Assembly (NCBI GenBank): GCA_965205265.1 | Contig: CBDBGH010000003.1 | Location: forward strand, 5,152,001-5,216,000 | Direction of reading: 5' to 3' | Source: Alphaproteobacteria bacterium | GTDB lineage: Bacteria; Pseudomonadota; Alphaproteobacteria; Bin95 | DNA length: 64,000 nucleotides | Shown here: positions 32,050-42,032 of the stretch, piece after piece | Layout of the letters: each line of letters begins with the position of its first letter | Numbering within the stretch: position 1 is the first letter of the stretch | Notes under the pieces: model-generated | What the model was told of the DNA's origin: nothing | What the model saw: only the letters and a program-made list of their open reading frames with translations | Database searches by the model: none | Program-made: the position numbers and the translations under genes

Positions 32050-32858
32050 CGACGCGGCCGGGGCGTCGGCAACCCGTGGCCGGAACCCGCCGGCGTCGGC
32101 ACATGGCCTCCGGGGACGAGGATCGTCCCCTCCAGGCGGGCCCCGGAGAGGTCCGCGCCATCGAAATCCGCTCCCTGCAGCTCGGCGTCCGTCAGAATGG
32201 CTCCGGCGAGCTTCGCCCCCCGGAAATCCGAGCCTCTCAGGTTGCACCCGGAAAGATTGGCCCCCTCCATGCAGGCTCCGGTGAAGTCGGCCCCGCGCAG
32301 GTCCAGCCCGCGCAGGTCGACACGGGAGAGATCGACACCACGGAAGTCCCTCTCGCCGGCGGCGAAGCGCCGCCGGATATCTTCCGCGGTGAGCTTCTGA
32401 AGCCGCCCTGCCCCACCCGGGACGAGAGCCATCTCCTCCATCCCGCTCTCCCCGTCGCCGTCCATCTGTCCCGCGGCTTCCTGCTCTTCGTCCCGGGCGG
32501 CCTCCGCGGCGCGCTGCTCGTCGTCGCGCATGAACACGCCGCGCATGTTTGCTCCGTCAAACCGGCATCGGGAGATATCCGTGTCGCGGAAATTCGCCCC
32601 GGTCAGGTCCGCCTCGCGCATGTCGGATCCCGCGAAAAGCGTCCCGGCCGCGCTCGCCCCTACAAAACAGGCCCCGCGGAAATCCCCGTCTCTCATGTCC
32701 GCCCTGGAGAGCAAAGCCCCGGTCATGTCTGCCCCGGGGAGCCTGATCCCGGGCAGTCGCGCCCCGCGCAGATCGACGAATCTCAGCACCGCATTGCTGA
32801 AGTCGCGCTGGCCCGCCGCGAACCTGGCAAGAAGCATTTCAGCGGTCATGACCGACAT
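32046..32858 (-). CDS. Pentapeptide-repeat protein with two modules
   Basis: Two N-caps (RFAAGQRDF, RFAAGERDF) separated by an acidic linker. Confidence 0.9.
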   Translation of the reverse strand: MSVMTAEMLLARFAAGQRDFSNAVLRFVDLRGARLPGIRLPGADMTGALLSRADMRDGDFRGACFVGASAAGTLFAGSDMREADLTGANFRDTDISRCRFDGANMRGVFMRDDEQRAAEAARDEEQEAAGQMDGDGESGMEEMALVPGGAGRLQKLTAEDIRRRFAAGERDFRGVDLSRVDLRGLDLRGADFTGACMEGANLSGCNLRGSDFRGAKLAGAILTDAELQGADFDGADLSGARLEGTILVPGGHVPTPAGSGHGLPTPRPRR

Positions 32859-33319
32859 CGGCGCCGCCCCTACGGATCCGGCGTTGTGCCGTTTTCGGCG
32901 GCGTTGGAGGAAGACGGTGCCTTGGGAGGATCGCTCGATGGCATCGCGGGTCGTATTCTCCATCCGATAATGTGGAGGGACTATCCTGCATGCATCTGAA
33001 AACGCCAAACCGTCGCTTCCGTGCCGGCGCACGCCCCGCGAGCCCTTCCCCCGGAACCTGTCCGAAATCCCGAACGTCTTGGAGATTTCAGGGACGTCGG
33101 GAATAGTGGGCGCGGTCGACCGACAGGGATGTCCACATGAAGCCTCCCGGCACCAGGATGACCACAGGAGCATACCCCGCTCCACAGGAACCGGCCTGCC
33201 TGCGTCCAGGCAACAGAACACAATCAGATTGCAAGAACAATCGGATTATTGTTCCAGGGCGCATGGCGTCGTAGAATGCGTGGAGACATTCGATGCGGCG
33301 GCCGGAAAGGACAGGGCCG

Positions 33320-34402
33320 ATGAGCAAGCCTTACACCGTCCGGATCGACGATGGCCGGCATGAGGTCTGGTATGCCGGGTGGAGCCCCTTGCTCGAGACG
33401 CTCGATCATCTTGGCTGGCAGCCCCTCGCCGGTCCGGCCCGGGGCCCGGATTTCTTCGGACAGTCCGGTGAAACGGATTCCTGCGGGCTTCATGCCGCCC
33501 TTCCCCTCCTTCGTGCGCATGCCACGGACATGACCGCCACCGGCCGGCTGACGGCGGTCGCCGGTACGGACATATGGATGGCAAGCAAACCTCTCGTCCG
33601 GGAGGTCTTCTCCCGTCAATTCGACAGGGACCCCGGCGCCTACAGCCCCGTGGCCGGAAAGTACGGGGTCCCGGACCAGAGTATCGAAAGGCACCTGGCC
33701 GGCCGTCTCGGAGTGGAGCGTCGCACGGCCGATATTCTCATCGGCATGTTCGAGAATCTTCTCCGCAAGCCGCCGCGCAAGGGAATTCCGGATGCCGAAA
33801 TTCCCGCCCCCGACGATGAGGGGCCCGAGGCGCTCGCCCGGTTTATGGACACCGACATGACAGGGGCCGCCCTCACGGCGGCCGGAGACAGATGGACTGC
33901 ATGGTTGTTCTCCGGCCGGGACAGCCCCCTTGCCCGCTGGAACGGCGAACCTCACATGAAACCCGTAGCGGACATGCTCGCCCGGTTCGCGGACGGGCAA
34001 GGCCCGTCCGATACGGAATGGCAAAGGGCTCGCGAAAAGATCCATTTCCGGGCGCATGTTCTGGGCTACAACCTCACCGGGGCGGAAACGGCCCGCGGCA
34101 TGTCGCCATCCGAAAGGGAAGAGGCCGAAAAACGGTATTGGATGCGCTGGTCGCGCGCCACTGCCGCCCAGGCCGCGGCGCGTGCGCTCGACGGCGATAT
34201 GCCCGCTTGCATGCAGTCGCTCGATTCTTCCGTCAATTCGCTGGCGCGCGGTGAGGGGGCCTCCTTCGACAAGCGCAACACGGCTCGCAAACGCGCCTGG
34301 CGCGACCTGCGTGACCGCTTCGTCGAATTCATGGAGGAACACAGGCCCGAGCCGTCCGTCACGAGGGACGGGCCGGACGAGGCCCTGCAACCCTCCCTAT
34401 AG
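33320..34402 (+). CDS. Hypothetical protein
   Basis: Long ORF with RBS; ends PEPSVTRDGPDEALQPSL. Confidence 0.7.
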   Translation: MSKPYTVRIDDGRHEVWYAGWSPLLETLDHLGWQPLAGPARGPDFFGQSGETDSCGLHAALPLLRAHATDMTATGRLTAVAGTDIWMASKPLVREVFSRQFDRDPGAYSPVAGKYGVPDQSIERHLAGRLGVERRTADILIGMFENLLRKPPRKGIPDAEIPAPDDEGPEALARFMDTDMTGAALTAAGDRWTAWLFSGRDSPLARWNGEPHMKPVADMLARFADGQGPSDTEWQRAREKIHFRAHVLGYNLTGAETARGMSPSEREEAEKRYWMRWSRATAAQAAARALDGDMPACMQSLDSSVNSLARGEGASFDKRNTARKRAWRDLRDRFVEFMEEHRPEPSVTRDGPDEALQPSL

Positions 34403-34445
34403 ACGCGATGGTGCGGGCATCTGGCGGAGATGGAGGGCAGGTCCA

Positions 34446-35117
34446 ATGACCGGCGATACAGGCGCGAAAGAGACACGGGACGGCCTCACACCCTATGAGC
34501 GGCGGAACATCCGGCGCTCCTTCCTCCGAAGCCTTCTGGCCATGCTTGCGGCCATCAGCGTCACCACCTCTGTCACGATGCTGGTGGCCCTGCCGGCCAT
34601 CTATGTCATTGCGTTCATGTGTGCGGCGGGACTTCTCGTCCGCATCGATTCCTTCGACATGCCCCGGCGCGTCGCGCGCGCGCTCGACCAGGCCCTGGTG
34701 AAACCCCTTGCCTTCCTGGATACGCGTATCATCCTTGCCGTGGTGGTGATTCTTGCCGGATCCGGGCTTTTCGCCGGGATCCTTGTCCACGTCATTCTGG
34801 ACATCAATCTCGTCGCCGCCGGCAGCGACCCGGCTTTCGTGGGGCGTCTCTACGGACAGATTGCGGAAGCCATGCGGGCCATGACCGTATGGTCGAATCC
34901 CTTCTACGCCGTCACGATCATCACCTCGGTCGCCATTGCTGTCCTGTCCGGCCTCTATGACGGCCTGTGGACCGGCGCCGCTGCGGCACGGCACAGAGTC
35001 CGTCTGCGGCACCTCCTTCCTTCCGGGAAACGCCGCCGCCAGTGGAAGGACGATGCCCGGGAAAAGCGCCGGAACGAGCGCGAACAGCGCGAATTCTACT
35101 GGCGGGGACCACGGTAG
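34446..35117 (+). CDS. Hypothetical membrane protein
   Basis: About four hydrophobic segments; GGAGG RBS. Confidence 0.7.
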   Translation: MTGDTGAKETRDGLTPYERRNIRRSFLRSLLAMLAAISVTTSVTMLVALPAIYVIAFMCAAGLLVRIDSFDMPRRVARALDQALVKPLAFLDTRIILAVVVILAGSGLFAGILVHVILDINLVAAGSDPAFVGRLYGQIAEAMRAMTVWSNPFYAVTIITSVAIAVLSGLYDGLWTGAAAARHRVRLRHLLPSGKRRRQWKDDAREKRRNEREQREFYWRGPR

Positions 35118-35124
35118 GCTGTCC

Positions 35125-35844
35125 TCATCCTGTGGCGGCAGCCGGGCAGTGTTTCAGCATCAGGCCAAGACCGCGGCGCTGAATCTCTGTCGGGTGGAAT
35201 TCCAGAACGATATCGATCCCGCCGCCGTTCAGGCGAACCGGGAAGGAAGCCGACGACAGCGCCAGACGATGGGCCGCGCTGACGGTGCCGGCCGGGGACA
35301 CCTCCACACTGTGGTCCGGCCGCGGGAATGAGTAGTCCTGGTTGGGCATGACGAATTCCCGCGCCTCGCCCGGTAGGTCGCCCGCCTGGAACCGAACCGG
35401 GATGCGTCGGCTTCCCCGGCCTGTCAGGCCGGCAAGCAGAAAGCGGAATGGATTTCCCCAGAAGGTCCTCGCATCCGGTTCTTCCGGATGTCTCCGGATG
35501 AACAGCTTGGATTGCAGGGGGCGTCCCTCTGCGTAGCCCTCCAGAGAGCTTCCCACTGCTCCGGGAAGGGGCGCCCTGCAACCGATAGTCCAATCCCCCA
35601 GGGCGAGGTCCAGGCGGCTCTCTGCATCCAGAGGCTCGTAGCCCGACAGGCGCACGGTCCCTCGCGCCGGAAGCAGAAACACCCAGATGGTGTGTTCGTC
35701 GTTGCTCGTGCTGATCCCGTCATGCCTGTACAGATCCCTGAAAGGGGAAGCTGCGGCGTATTCATAGAGGACACGCTCGGGGCCATCCGCCAAGGCGACG
35801 CCGCTGACGATGAGGATCAGGAGAGCGGCTGCGAGCGGCGCCAT
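35125..35844 (-). CDS. Hypothetical secreted protein
   Basis: Signal peptide LAAALLILIVSGVALA|DG. Confidence 0.65.
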   Translation of the reverse strand: MAPLAAALLILIVSGVALADGPERVLYEYAAASPFRDLYRHDGISTSNDEHTIWVFLLPARGTVRLSGYEPLDAESRLDLALGDWTIGCRAPLPGAVGSSLEGYAEGRPLQSKLFIRRHPEEPDARTFWGNPFRFLLAGLTGRGSRRIPVRFQAGDLPGEAREFVMPNQDYSFPRPDHSVEVSPAGTVSAAHRLALSSASFPVRLNGGGIDIVLEFHPTEIQRRGLGLMLKHCPAAATG

Positions 35845-35862
35845 CGTCGACGGTCTGTAGGG

Positions 35863-36375
35863 TCAAACCGGTGCGCCGCCGAAGGGAGACGGTTCGGGTG
35901 CGCCCGACACCGAGGCCTCGTCCAACGGAGAGACGACGGGCTTGAAAGAGCTTTCCGGCCACGGGCCACCCCGGTCATCGAACAGCAGCACAGCACCGTT
36001 CCGGTCGATAGTGACCGAGCCGAATGATCCTTCATTCAACTCCCAGCCTGGGTGCTCAGTCCCCAGCAGCGAGAACATATACCAATCGAGGGCGTCTCTC
36101 AGGGACCGGGGCTCCTCTATCCCGACCCGTTCGGCTGTCCAGTCCGAGGGATCCCTTGTGGGATGAATTTCCCGAACGTCCTGGAGCCCGGGAATCAGGA
36201 AGTCGGTGTTCCTCTCCGCCGGTTCGAGAAGAACCTCCCCGATCTGGCCATCATCACCGAATCCTTCGTATTTGACGGTCACGGCCGATATTTCCCGCTC
36301 CTGCAGAGCCTTGATAATGCAGGCCAGGTTGTGCCCGCAGGCCGCCCTGTAGATATCGGGAATTGTCTGTGTCAT
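35863..36375 (-). CDS. DUF6878-like protein
   Basis: VTVKYEGFGDDGQI...HPGWELNEGSFG; paralogue of 37885-38394. Confidence 0.7.
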   Translation of the reverse strand: MTQTIPDIYRAACGHNLACIIKALQEREISAVTVKYEGFGDDGQIGEVLLEPAERNTDFLIPGLQDVREIHPTRDPSDWTAERVGIEEPRSLRDALDWYMFSLLGTEHPGWELNEGSFGSVTIDRNGAVLLFDDRGGPWPESSFKPVVSPLDEASVSGAPEPSPFGGAPV

Positions 36376-36413
36376 GGGGTCTCCTATCCTTCTTTGAGCC
36401 GCATCTTCGCGGA

Positions 36414-37661
36414 TCAGGGTTCCGGCGTATCGGGCGACGCCTTGCGCCCGTGCTTCAGCGGCCAGTCATTCTGGCTTGCAACAGCCCGGTGCGTGCGCAG
36501 AACGGCATAACTCTCCGGCTCGGTCTCTCCCCGCAGCCGCCAGTACAGCAGGTCCCTGTCCCGGTCGAAGCCGTACCATTCCCGTCTGGCCCAGTCATTG
36601 GAGGCGTAAGCGCGGGGAGCCTTGCCGTCGGCATCCTTCACATCGATGGCGGCGCCGCCGTCAAGCAGACCGTGCGCGGCGCCATACCGCTCTTCCATCA
36701 CCGCCAAGTGCAGGGCCGTGCGCCCCTGCGCATCGGGGGCATCGACCGGCGCTCCAGCCGCCAGCAGCGCGGCAATCCCGGCGACATCCCCCTGGACGGC
36801 GGCGATATGGAGGTCCGTGAACCCCCAGGCGATGATCGGGGTCGGATTCCGGCTGTCTGCGGAGCGGGCCACCACCCGGAAAGCCGTGTTGCGTAGGGCG
36901 TCGGTCACCTGACGGTCGATTTCGTCGGACGCCGGGCCGCCGCCCGGCCGATGCCGTATGGCGACGGCGCGCGGGACATTCACCGCGGCGCGGTGAAGCG
37001 CCCCGCCGAACCCGAGCAGGGCGTCGGCATGGCGGGCCATCTCCCAGTTGGCGTTCGCTCTCCTTCCGGAGTCCACCAGGGCGCGGGCCGAGAGCAGGGG
37101 GTCCCCGGTCAACATGCTGTGGGCGATGAGGGCCGCGGCTCCCGAGCGGTATTTCCCCTGCATGCAGTGGATGAGCATCGAGGGCGGCGGGCCGTCCTTC
37201 GCCGAGTCCATCCACTGGCGAAAGAACGCGATCAGGCCGCCGACATTGTCCGCGTCCGGAGAATGGGCGCCGCGCCCGTCACTGCGCTGGTCGTCATCGT
37301 CGATACGCGCATGATGCATGCGCAGGCCGGACTGCCCGGCCGCCCGAAACGCCTCCCATTCCTCATCCATGTCGACCTGCACGACACTTGCGAGAAAGCG
37401 GATCTCGGGGTGCTCCTCCAGCACCTCGACGACCTCGTTCATGGCGCAGATGTAGATGGCGGGCGAGGTGTCCGCATAGAGCCGTTCGATCTCCGCGGCG
37501 ATGCGGTCCCCCTCCGCAATCTCTTCGGGGCTGAAAGGCCGTCCTTCCTGCTTCCGGTATTCGATCGATCCGGGCCCGATCCGGCTGCTGTCGATCAGAG
37601 CGCGGGCGGAGGGCCGGTGGAACATTCTCACTCCAGGGCCTCCAGGCGTCCTCGTATTCAT
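36414..37661 (-). CDS. Cys-based protein phosphatase + ankyrin-repeat fusion
   Basis: IHCMQGKYRS (HCx5R); ankyrin repeats TDLHIAA...GAPVD, GRTALHLA...GAAID. Confidence 0.82.
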   Translation of the reverse strand: MNTRTPGGPGVRMFHRPSARALIDSSRIGPGSIEYRKQEGRPFSPEEIAEGDRIAAEIERLYADTSPAIYICAMNEVVEVLEEHPEIRFLASVVQVDMDEEWEAFRAAGQSGLRMHHARIDDDDQRSDGRGAHSPDADNVGGLIAFFRQWMDSAKDGPPPSMLIHCMQGKYRSGAAALIAHSMLTGDPLLSARALVDSGRRANANWEMARHADALLGFGGALHRAAVNVPRAVAIRHRPGGGPASDEIDRQVTDALRNTAFRVVARSADSRNPTPIIAWGFTDLHIAAVQGDVAGIAALLAAGAPVDAPDAQGRTALHLAVMEERYGAAHGLLDGGAAIDVKDADGKAPRAYASNDWARREWYGFDRDRDLLYWRLRGETEPESYAVLRTHRAVASQNDWPLKHGRKASPDTPEP

Positions 37662-37888
37662 GGCGTCGAACGCACCTCGCCAGCTTCGATCCGGCTGCCC
37701 GTGAAATCGGCCCCTGCCATGGCGGCCCTGCGGAACCGGTAGGCGGACAGGGGTGCGCCCCGGAAGATGGCTCCTGTCAGATCGACATCCGGGAGTTCGA
37801 GGCCCTCAAGATCTTGCTCGGAGAAGTCAGTGCCGCGGAAATCATGTACGCCCGTAGCGAAGCGCTCCAGAAGCTCCTGCGGCGTCAT
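37658..37888 (-). CDS. Short or remnant pentapeptide-repeat protein
   Basis: MTPQELLERFATGVHDF plus a few repeats; ATGA-coupled on both sides. Confidence 0.65.
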   Translation of the reverse strand: MTPQELLERFATGVHDFRGTDFSEQDLEGLELPDVDLTGAIFRGAPLSAYRFRRAAMAGADFTGSRIEAGEVRSTP

Positions 37889-38394
37889 CCGGTTGCGCTT
37901 CCGTCGCCCTGCGGAGAGGGTTCCGGCAGGCCGCCTCCTGCATCGAGCGGGGACGACTGAGGCGTGTCCCCGCCGCTCTCATGCTCGATGTGACGCGTAT
38001 AGAAGTCGATTTCGGCACCGGCCGGGGTGATCTTGAACGCCCCGAAGGACCCGTCATCCAGTTCCCAGCCGGAATGCTCGAGAAACAGATAGTCCATGCA
38101 GTAACGGTCAATGGCGTCGTCCAGGTCCATCGGCCCGAGGGCGGTTCGCTCGGCATCGGGCGAATACGGCGGCCCCCCGCTGATCGTCTGCAATCCCTCG
38201 ATTATCCTCTGCGTGAGAGGAATGTCCGGAGGGGAGGTGATGATCTCCTCGACCATTCCGTTGTCCCCTTCTCCGTTGAACCGGGCCGTGATCTCGTCAA
38301 TGCCGCTTGCCTGCATGGTCTCGATTATGAGAGCCAGGTTGTGGCGGCTCGCAATCCGGGCGGGAAGGGGCTGTTGCTCCTGAAGGTCGTTCAT
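37885..38394 (-). CDS. DUF6878-like protein
   Basis: ARFNGEGDNG...HSGWELDDGSFG. Confidence 0.7.
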   Translation of the reverse strand: MNDLQEQQPLPARIASRHNLALIIETMQASGIDEITARFNGEGDNGMVEEIITSPPDIPLTQRIIEGLQTISGGPPYSPDAERTALGPMDLDDAIDRYCMDYLFLEHSGWELDDGSFGAFKITPAGAEIDFYTRHIEHESGGDTPQSSPLDAGGGLPEPSPQGDGSATG

Positions 38395-38470
38395 GCTTCC
38401 GCTTCTCCTGATTGTCGGCCGGGACCGGGAGAACTATTGCGCGGATGTCTGAAATTCCCAACGGGCTGGT

Positions 38471-40528
38471 TCAGCGGCGGTCCCGGACCGCAGTGACCGC
38501 GATCCCCTCGGCGGTCATTGCGTCGGCGAGTCCGGGGAAAAGACGGAACATCGCCTGCGAAACTGAGACCGGGTTCCGGGAACGGCCTTGTTGCGCCTCG
38601 AGGAAAGCGACCTGGGCGGCCTTCCGGACCTTCCGGGCTTTCCGGGGCCTGTAGGGGCGCCGGAAAGCCCGGGCGTTCAGGGCGGCGACGACAATGTCCG
38701 CCGCCTTGCGTTCGCGCACTGTCGGCTGACGGTTCCTGTAGCCGGCATGTTCGACCTGCCTCCAGGGTTCCGCCCCCATTTCATCGGGCTCCTCCCTTTC
38801 CCTTACGCCAAGCAGCGTCGAACGGCCGTCCTTCCAGAACAGCCGGTACACATGGAGTGGATGGCGGGGTGCGATGCAGTCCGCGATCATGCCGCCTGCG
38901 CAGTTCCGTTCGTTCTTCCCCGCGCCTATCAGCGCCCGACCGTCGGTAACCGGCTGAACCGAGAATCCGGCACGGCGTTCCAGGATCGGTTCCGGGCTCA
39001 TCCAGCAAACCGCAGCGAATCGCCCGGCTTCCGCTTCCGCCGTTTCCCGGCTCAAGACGTCGCCAGCCCAAGCCCAGCGCCTCGCCAGGTCGGCAAGCTG
39101 CCGGAAACTGCCGCCAGTGCCGTCAAGGCGGCCCCACAGGCGGTCCCATACCCGCGTGGCAGGATCCTCGGCCTCAGCGGTGAGATTGAACCATCGCTGG
39201 GCATCCCCGGTCTCGGGGGATTGCGTTTCGACGATGATCTGCCCGATCCGGTGTCTTGCGTCCCGCATCTCCCGGGCCACGAATCTTGCCTCCGAGATTG
39301 CCGCGATGGCCACCCTCCTGGGCGTCGGGCGAAGGGGGACTCCGTAGCGGGCGCAATCGCGCTCCAGCCCCTTCGGTGCCTCTTCGGGGTCTTCCAAGGC
39401 TCTCAACAGACGGCGGCCGTCTGTCCGGAAAATCGCGCACGCCCGTTCGAGGTCGGATCCGGAGAATCCGAAATCCCGAATTACGGTCCCGGCCAGGGCC
39501 GCCTCTTCCGGTCCTTCCCCGTCACGCCGCTTGCCGGGATGATCGAGCAGGTTCCGGGCCCAGCGCATCGCGGATCTCTGGCTGTTGCGTGAAAACGCCC
39601 CGCGGGACATGACGCCGGGGCCTGTCATCGCGGCTTCATAGCGCCGGACCCAGTCCCGATTGACACCGAAGACCTGTCGGCGGCGCCCTGTGCTTGCCTC
39701 GGCAAAACCCGTCTCGCCGGCGTCTCCCGGGCCGGACCGGGTAACCGACCGGCATTCCCTTTCCAGAACGGCGAGGATATCGCGCTCGCGCGCGCCCTGC
39801 TCCAGCATCGGGCGGATGTCCTCGCACCACAGGCGAGGATTCTCGCCGCGCACGGCGAGCGCAAAGCCCATGGGATAACGCAGGGCAAATCGGCGGGTGG
39901 CCATGCCGAGCGTGTCGTCGCGCCACAGTGCCTCGGCCACCCCGATCGCAACCCAGCCTGCATGGTCGAGTATTGCCATGGCCTGGAACATGGCCTCGAC
40001 ACGCCGAGGTTCGCCTGCGGCCTCGGCCAGAGACCGGCGGGCTGAGTGAAAGCGCGCCGCGAGCTGGCGGCGCAGCACCGCAACGGTCGCACGGGCGCGC
40101 CGGTTGCCCCATCCCCTGAGGATCGTGAAGAGGTGCGTGTCGATGCGCCAGGCGACCTCCTCCGCCGCCGGCATGTTGTTCCCGATCCCGCGACAGGCCG
40201 CAGCCCGGACGCTCCAGGCGCGGCACTCCGCTGCCGTTGGCCAATCGCGCAGACCGCCGGTGTCCTCCCCGAACCAGCCTGGCCGGACGCTCTCGCAGCG
40301 CGCGATCTCCTCGCCGGCGGGGAAAACCCTGATGACCGCGGCATCGGCCGGGCCCCTCAGGCCATATCCGTTGTGGAGACGCGGGACAGGCCAGCTGAAC
40401 CGCCCGCCTCCCAGTTCCCACGGCAGACGGTCCAGCACCCGCATCCCCCTCGGACGATTCCCGACATTGTCCCGGCGCAGGTTGTCCACCGCCAGGAGGT
40501 TGATTTCGAGGGGGCCTTCAAGACTCAC
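38471..40528 (-). CDS. Hypothetical protein, possible PcfJ-like C-terminal domain
   Basis: 685-aa ORF; LIGAGKNERNCAGG resembles the PcfJ motif only weakly. Confidence 0.55.
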   Translation of the reverse strand: MSLEGPLEINLLAVDNLRRDNVGNRPRGMRVLDRLPWELGGGRFSWPVPRLHNGYGLRGPADAAVIRVFPAGEEIARCESVRPGWFGEDTGGLRDWPTAAECRAWSVRAAACRGIGNNMPAAEEVAWRIDTHLFTILRGWGNRRARATVAVLRRQLAARFHSARRSLAEAAGEPRRVEAMFQAMAILDHAGWVAIGVAEALWRDDTLGMATRRFALRYPMGFALAVRGENPRLWCEDIRPMLEQGARERDILAVLERECRSVTRSGPGDAGETGFAEASTGRRRQVFGVNRDWVRRYEAAMTGPGVMSRGAFSRNSQRSAMRWARNLLDHPGKRRDGEGPEEAALAGTVIRDFGFSGSDLERACAIFRTDGRRLLRALEDPEEAPKGLERDCARYGVPLRPTPRRVAIAAISEARFVAREMRDARHRIGQIIVETQSPETGDAQRWFNLTAEAEDPATRVWDRLWGRLDGTGGSFRQLADLARRWAWAGDVLSRETAEAEAGRFAAVCWMSPEPILERRAGFSVQPVTDGRALIGAGKNERNCAGGMIADCIAPRHPLHVYRLFWKDGRSTLLGVREREEPDEMGAEPWRQVEHAGYRNRQPTVRERKAADIVVAALNARAFRRPYRPRKARKVRKAAQVAFLEAQQGRSRNPVSVSQAMFRLFPGLADAMTAEGIAVTAVRDRR

Positions 40529-40814
40529 GGTGCGCCTGCCTCCATCCGTTTGCCCGCAGTGAATCTCCTTACACGGGGAAGGGGCTCAACGCGAGCTGCG
40601 TGGCTTCACGGGACGGCTCCGCCAGCTGGCGGCCCCGGGGAAGAGGACTGTCCTCTCCGGGTCCTCTTCTCCACTGGAACCCTCGGGGTTTTACCGGCAT
40701 GGCGGATATGGGGGCCGGAAATCTGAAGATTGTGCGGTCGACAGGGTGGACGGGTTTGGCGGTTTCATGGATGGGCTGCATATTTCGGGGCTCCTGCAGA
40801 CAAGGAATCCCGGC

Positions 40815-41402
40815 ATGCCGCAAGACAGCTCCTTGCCCCGAGTGGACTTCAGGCACGGCCGCCGCCCAGGACTCGTCTTCTGCGAGGCAACCGTGCAGAT
40901 CGGTGACGAGAGGACCGTCGAGACATTCTACGGAGCGGACGGCTTTGTCGCCGCCCATGACTGGGCGGCGGAACTGGTGCGTCCGGTGATCGGCGAGGTT
41001 ACCGCAACCCGTCTCGCGGCGCGGGTCGCCGATCTCTGGAGGGCGGGGTTCACCAAGGAGGCCCACGCCGTCGACGCGGCAGGGAAGCAGGTCTCTCCGT
41101 TCGCCGACGAGGCCTGCGCCTGGAACTACCACGGCGCGGTCGAGCGGGCCTGCTACGAGTTCATGGTCGACAGGGGCCTCGACGACAACGGCCCGGATGT
41201 CCAGTTCGTCAATCTCCTCGAGGGTGAGTTCGGGCGGCGATATCCTGAAATGGTCAGCGGGCAGAGCGATGAATGGGGGGACTGGTGGCTTGAGGATGTT
41301 ATCGCCCGGCCGGAAATCACCCAGAAGACGATGATCGAGTTGGCAGAGGCCGTTCGGGACCTGCCGCAAGCTGTCCCGGGCGACGGGATGTCGCCCCCCT
41401 GA
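40815..41402 (+). CDS. Hypothetical protein
   Basis: ORF with RBS; ends GDGMSPP. Confidence 0.6.
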   Translation: MPQDSSLPRVDFRHGRRPGLVFCEATVQIGDERTVETFYGADGFVAAHDWAAELVRPVIGEVTATRLAARVADLWRAGFTKEAHAVDAAGKQVSPFADEACAWNYHGAVERACYEFMVDRGLDDNGPDVQFVNLLEGEFGRRYPEMVSGQSDEWGDWWLEDVIARPEITQKTMIELAEAVRDLPQAVPGDGMSPP

Positions 41403-42032
41403 ACCCCGGCTCCACAGGGCAGGAAGCCGGAACAACTCGCGCATGCCGGCGCGGACCGCCTTCGGACAGGGAGCATATAGGTTGCGAGCCGCTGAGATCC
41501 TGCTGCCGCCCCAAGTGCGGTATTTCCTTTCGGCAGGCGAGGCCGAGACGTGGCTCACGGAGAATCTGACCGAAATGGAGAGGGACAGCCTCTGGCCCTC
41601 GGTGCATTCCCGGTTGTTCTCGCGCATGTGGTTCTGCGCCCGTCGCTCGGCCGCGCCATCGCGACCCGTGCAATGGCTGTGCGTCGATGGGCAGTGGCGG
41701 GAACGGGTCATGTGGCCGTGTGAACCGGTCGGGCTGCAGGAATGGCTTCGCGGGGAGGACGGCCGCTGTCCTCACCCGGCTCTGCGCGCGGACGACCCCG
41801 TCAATGTGTGATATAGGCGCCCTGGGCAAGGAAGGAGGCTGGCGGCGGGTGGCCGCCAGCCTTCACGATGGCTGGTTGCGCCTCAGGAATCGGGAGCATG
41901 TAGCCCCGGGAGCCCTTCAATGTGCGGGACCGCCGGAACCCCTGTAGTGCGGCCCTTGATACGCCCATTGTACCAGCCCTTCCTCGAATCCTTTACCCCC
42001 GGAGGCGAAAAATCGGACTGGCACAGCTGGAG

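Noticed and set aside
41443-41811. 122-aa ORF
   Set aside because: Weak start and no recognisable motif; coding status unsupported
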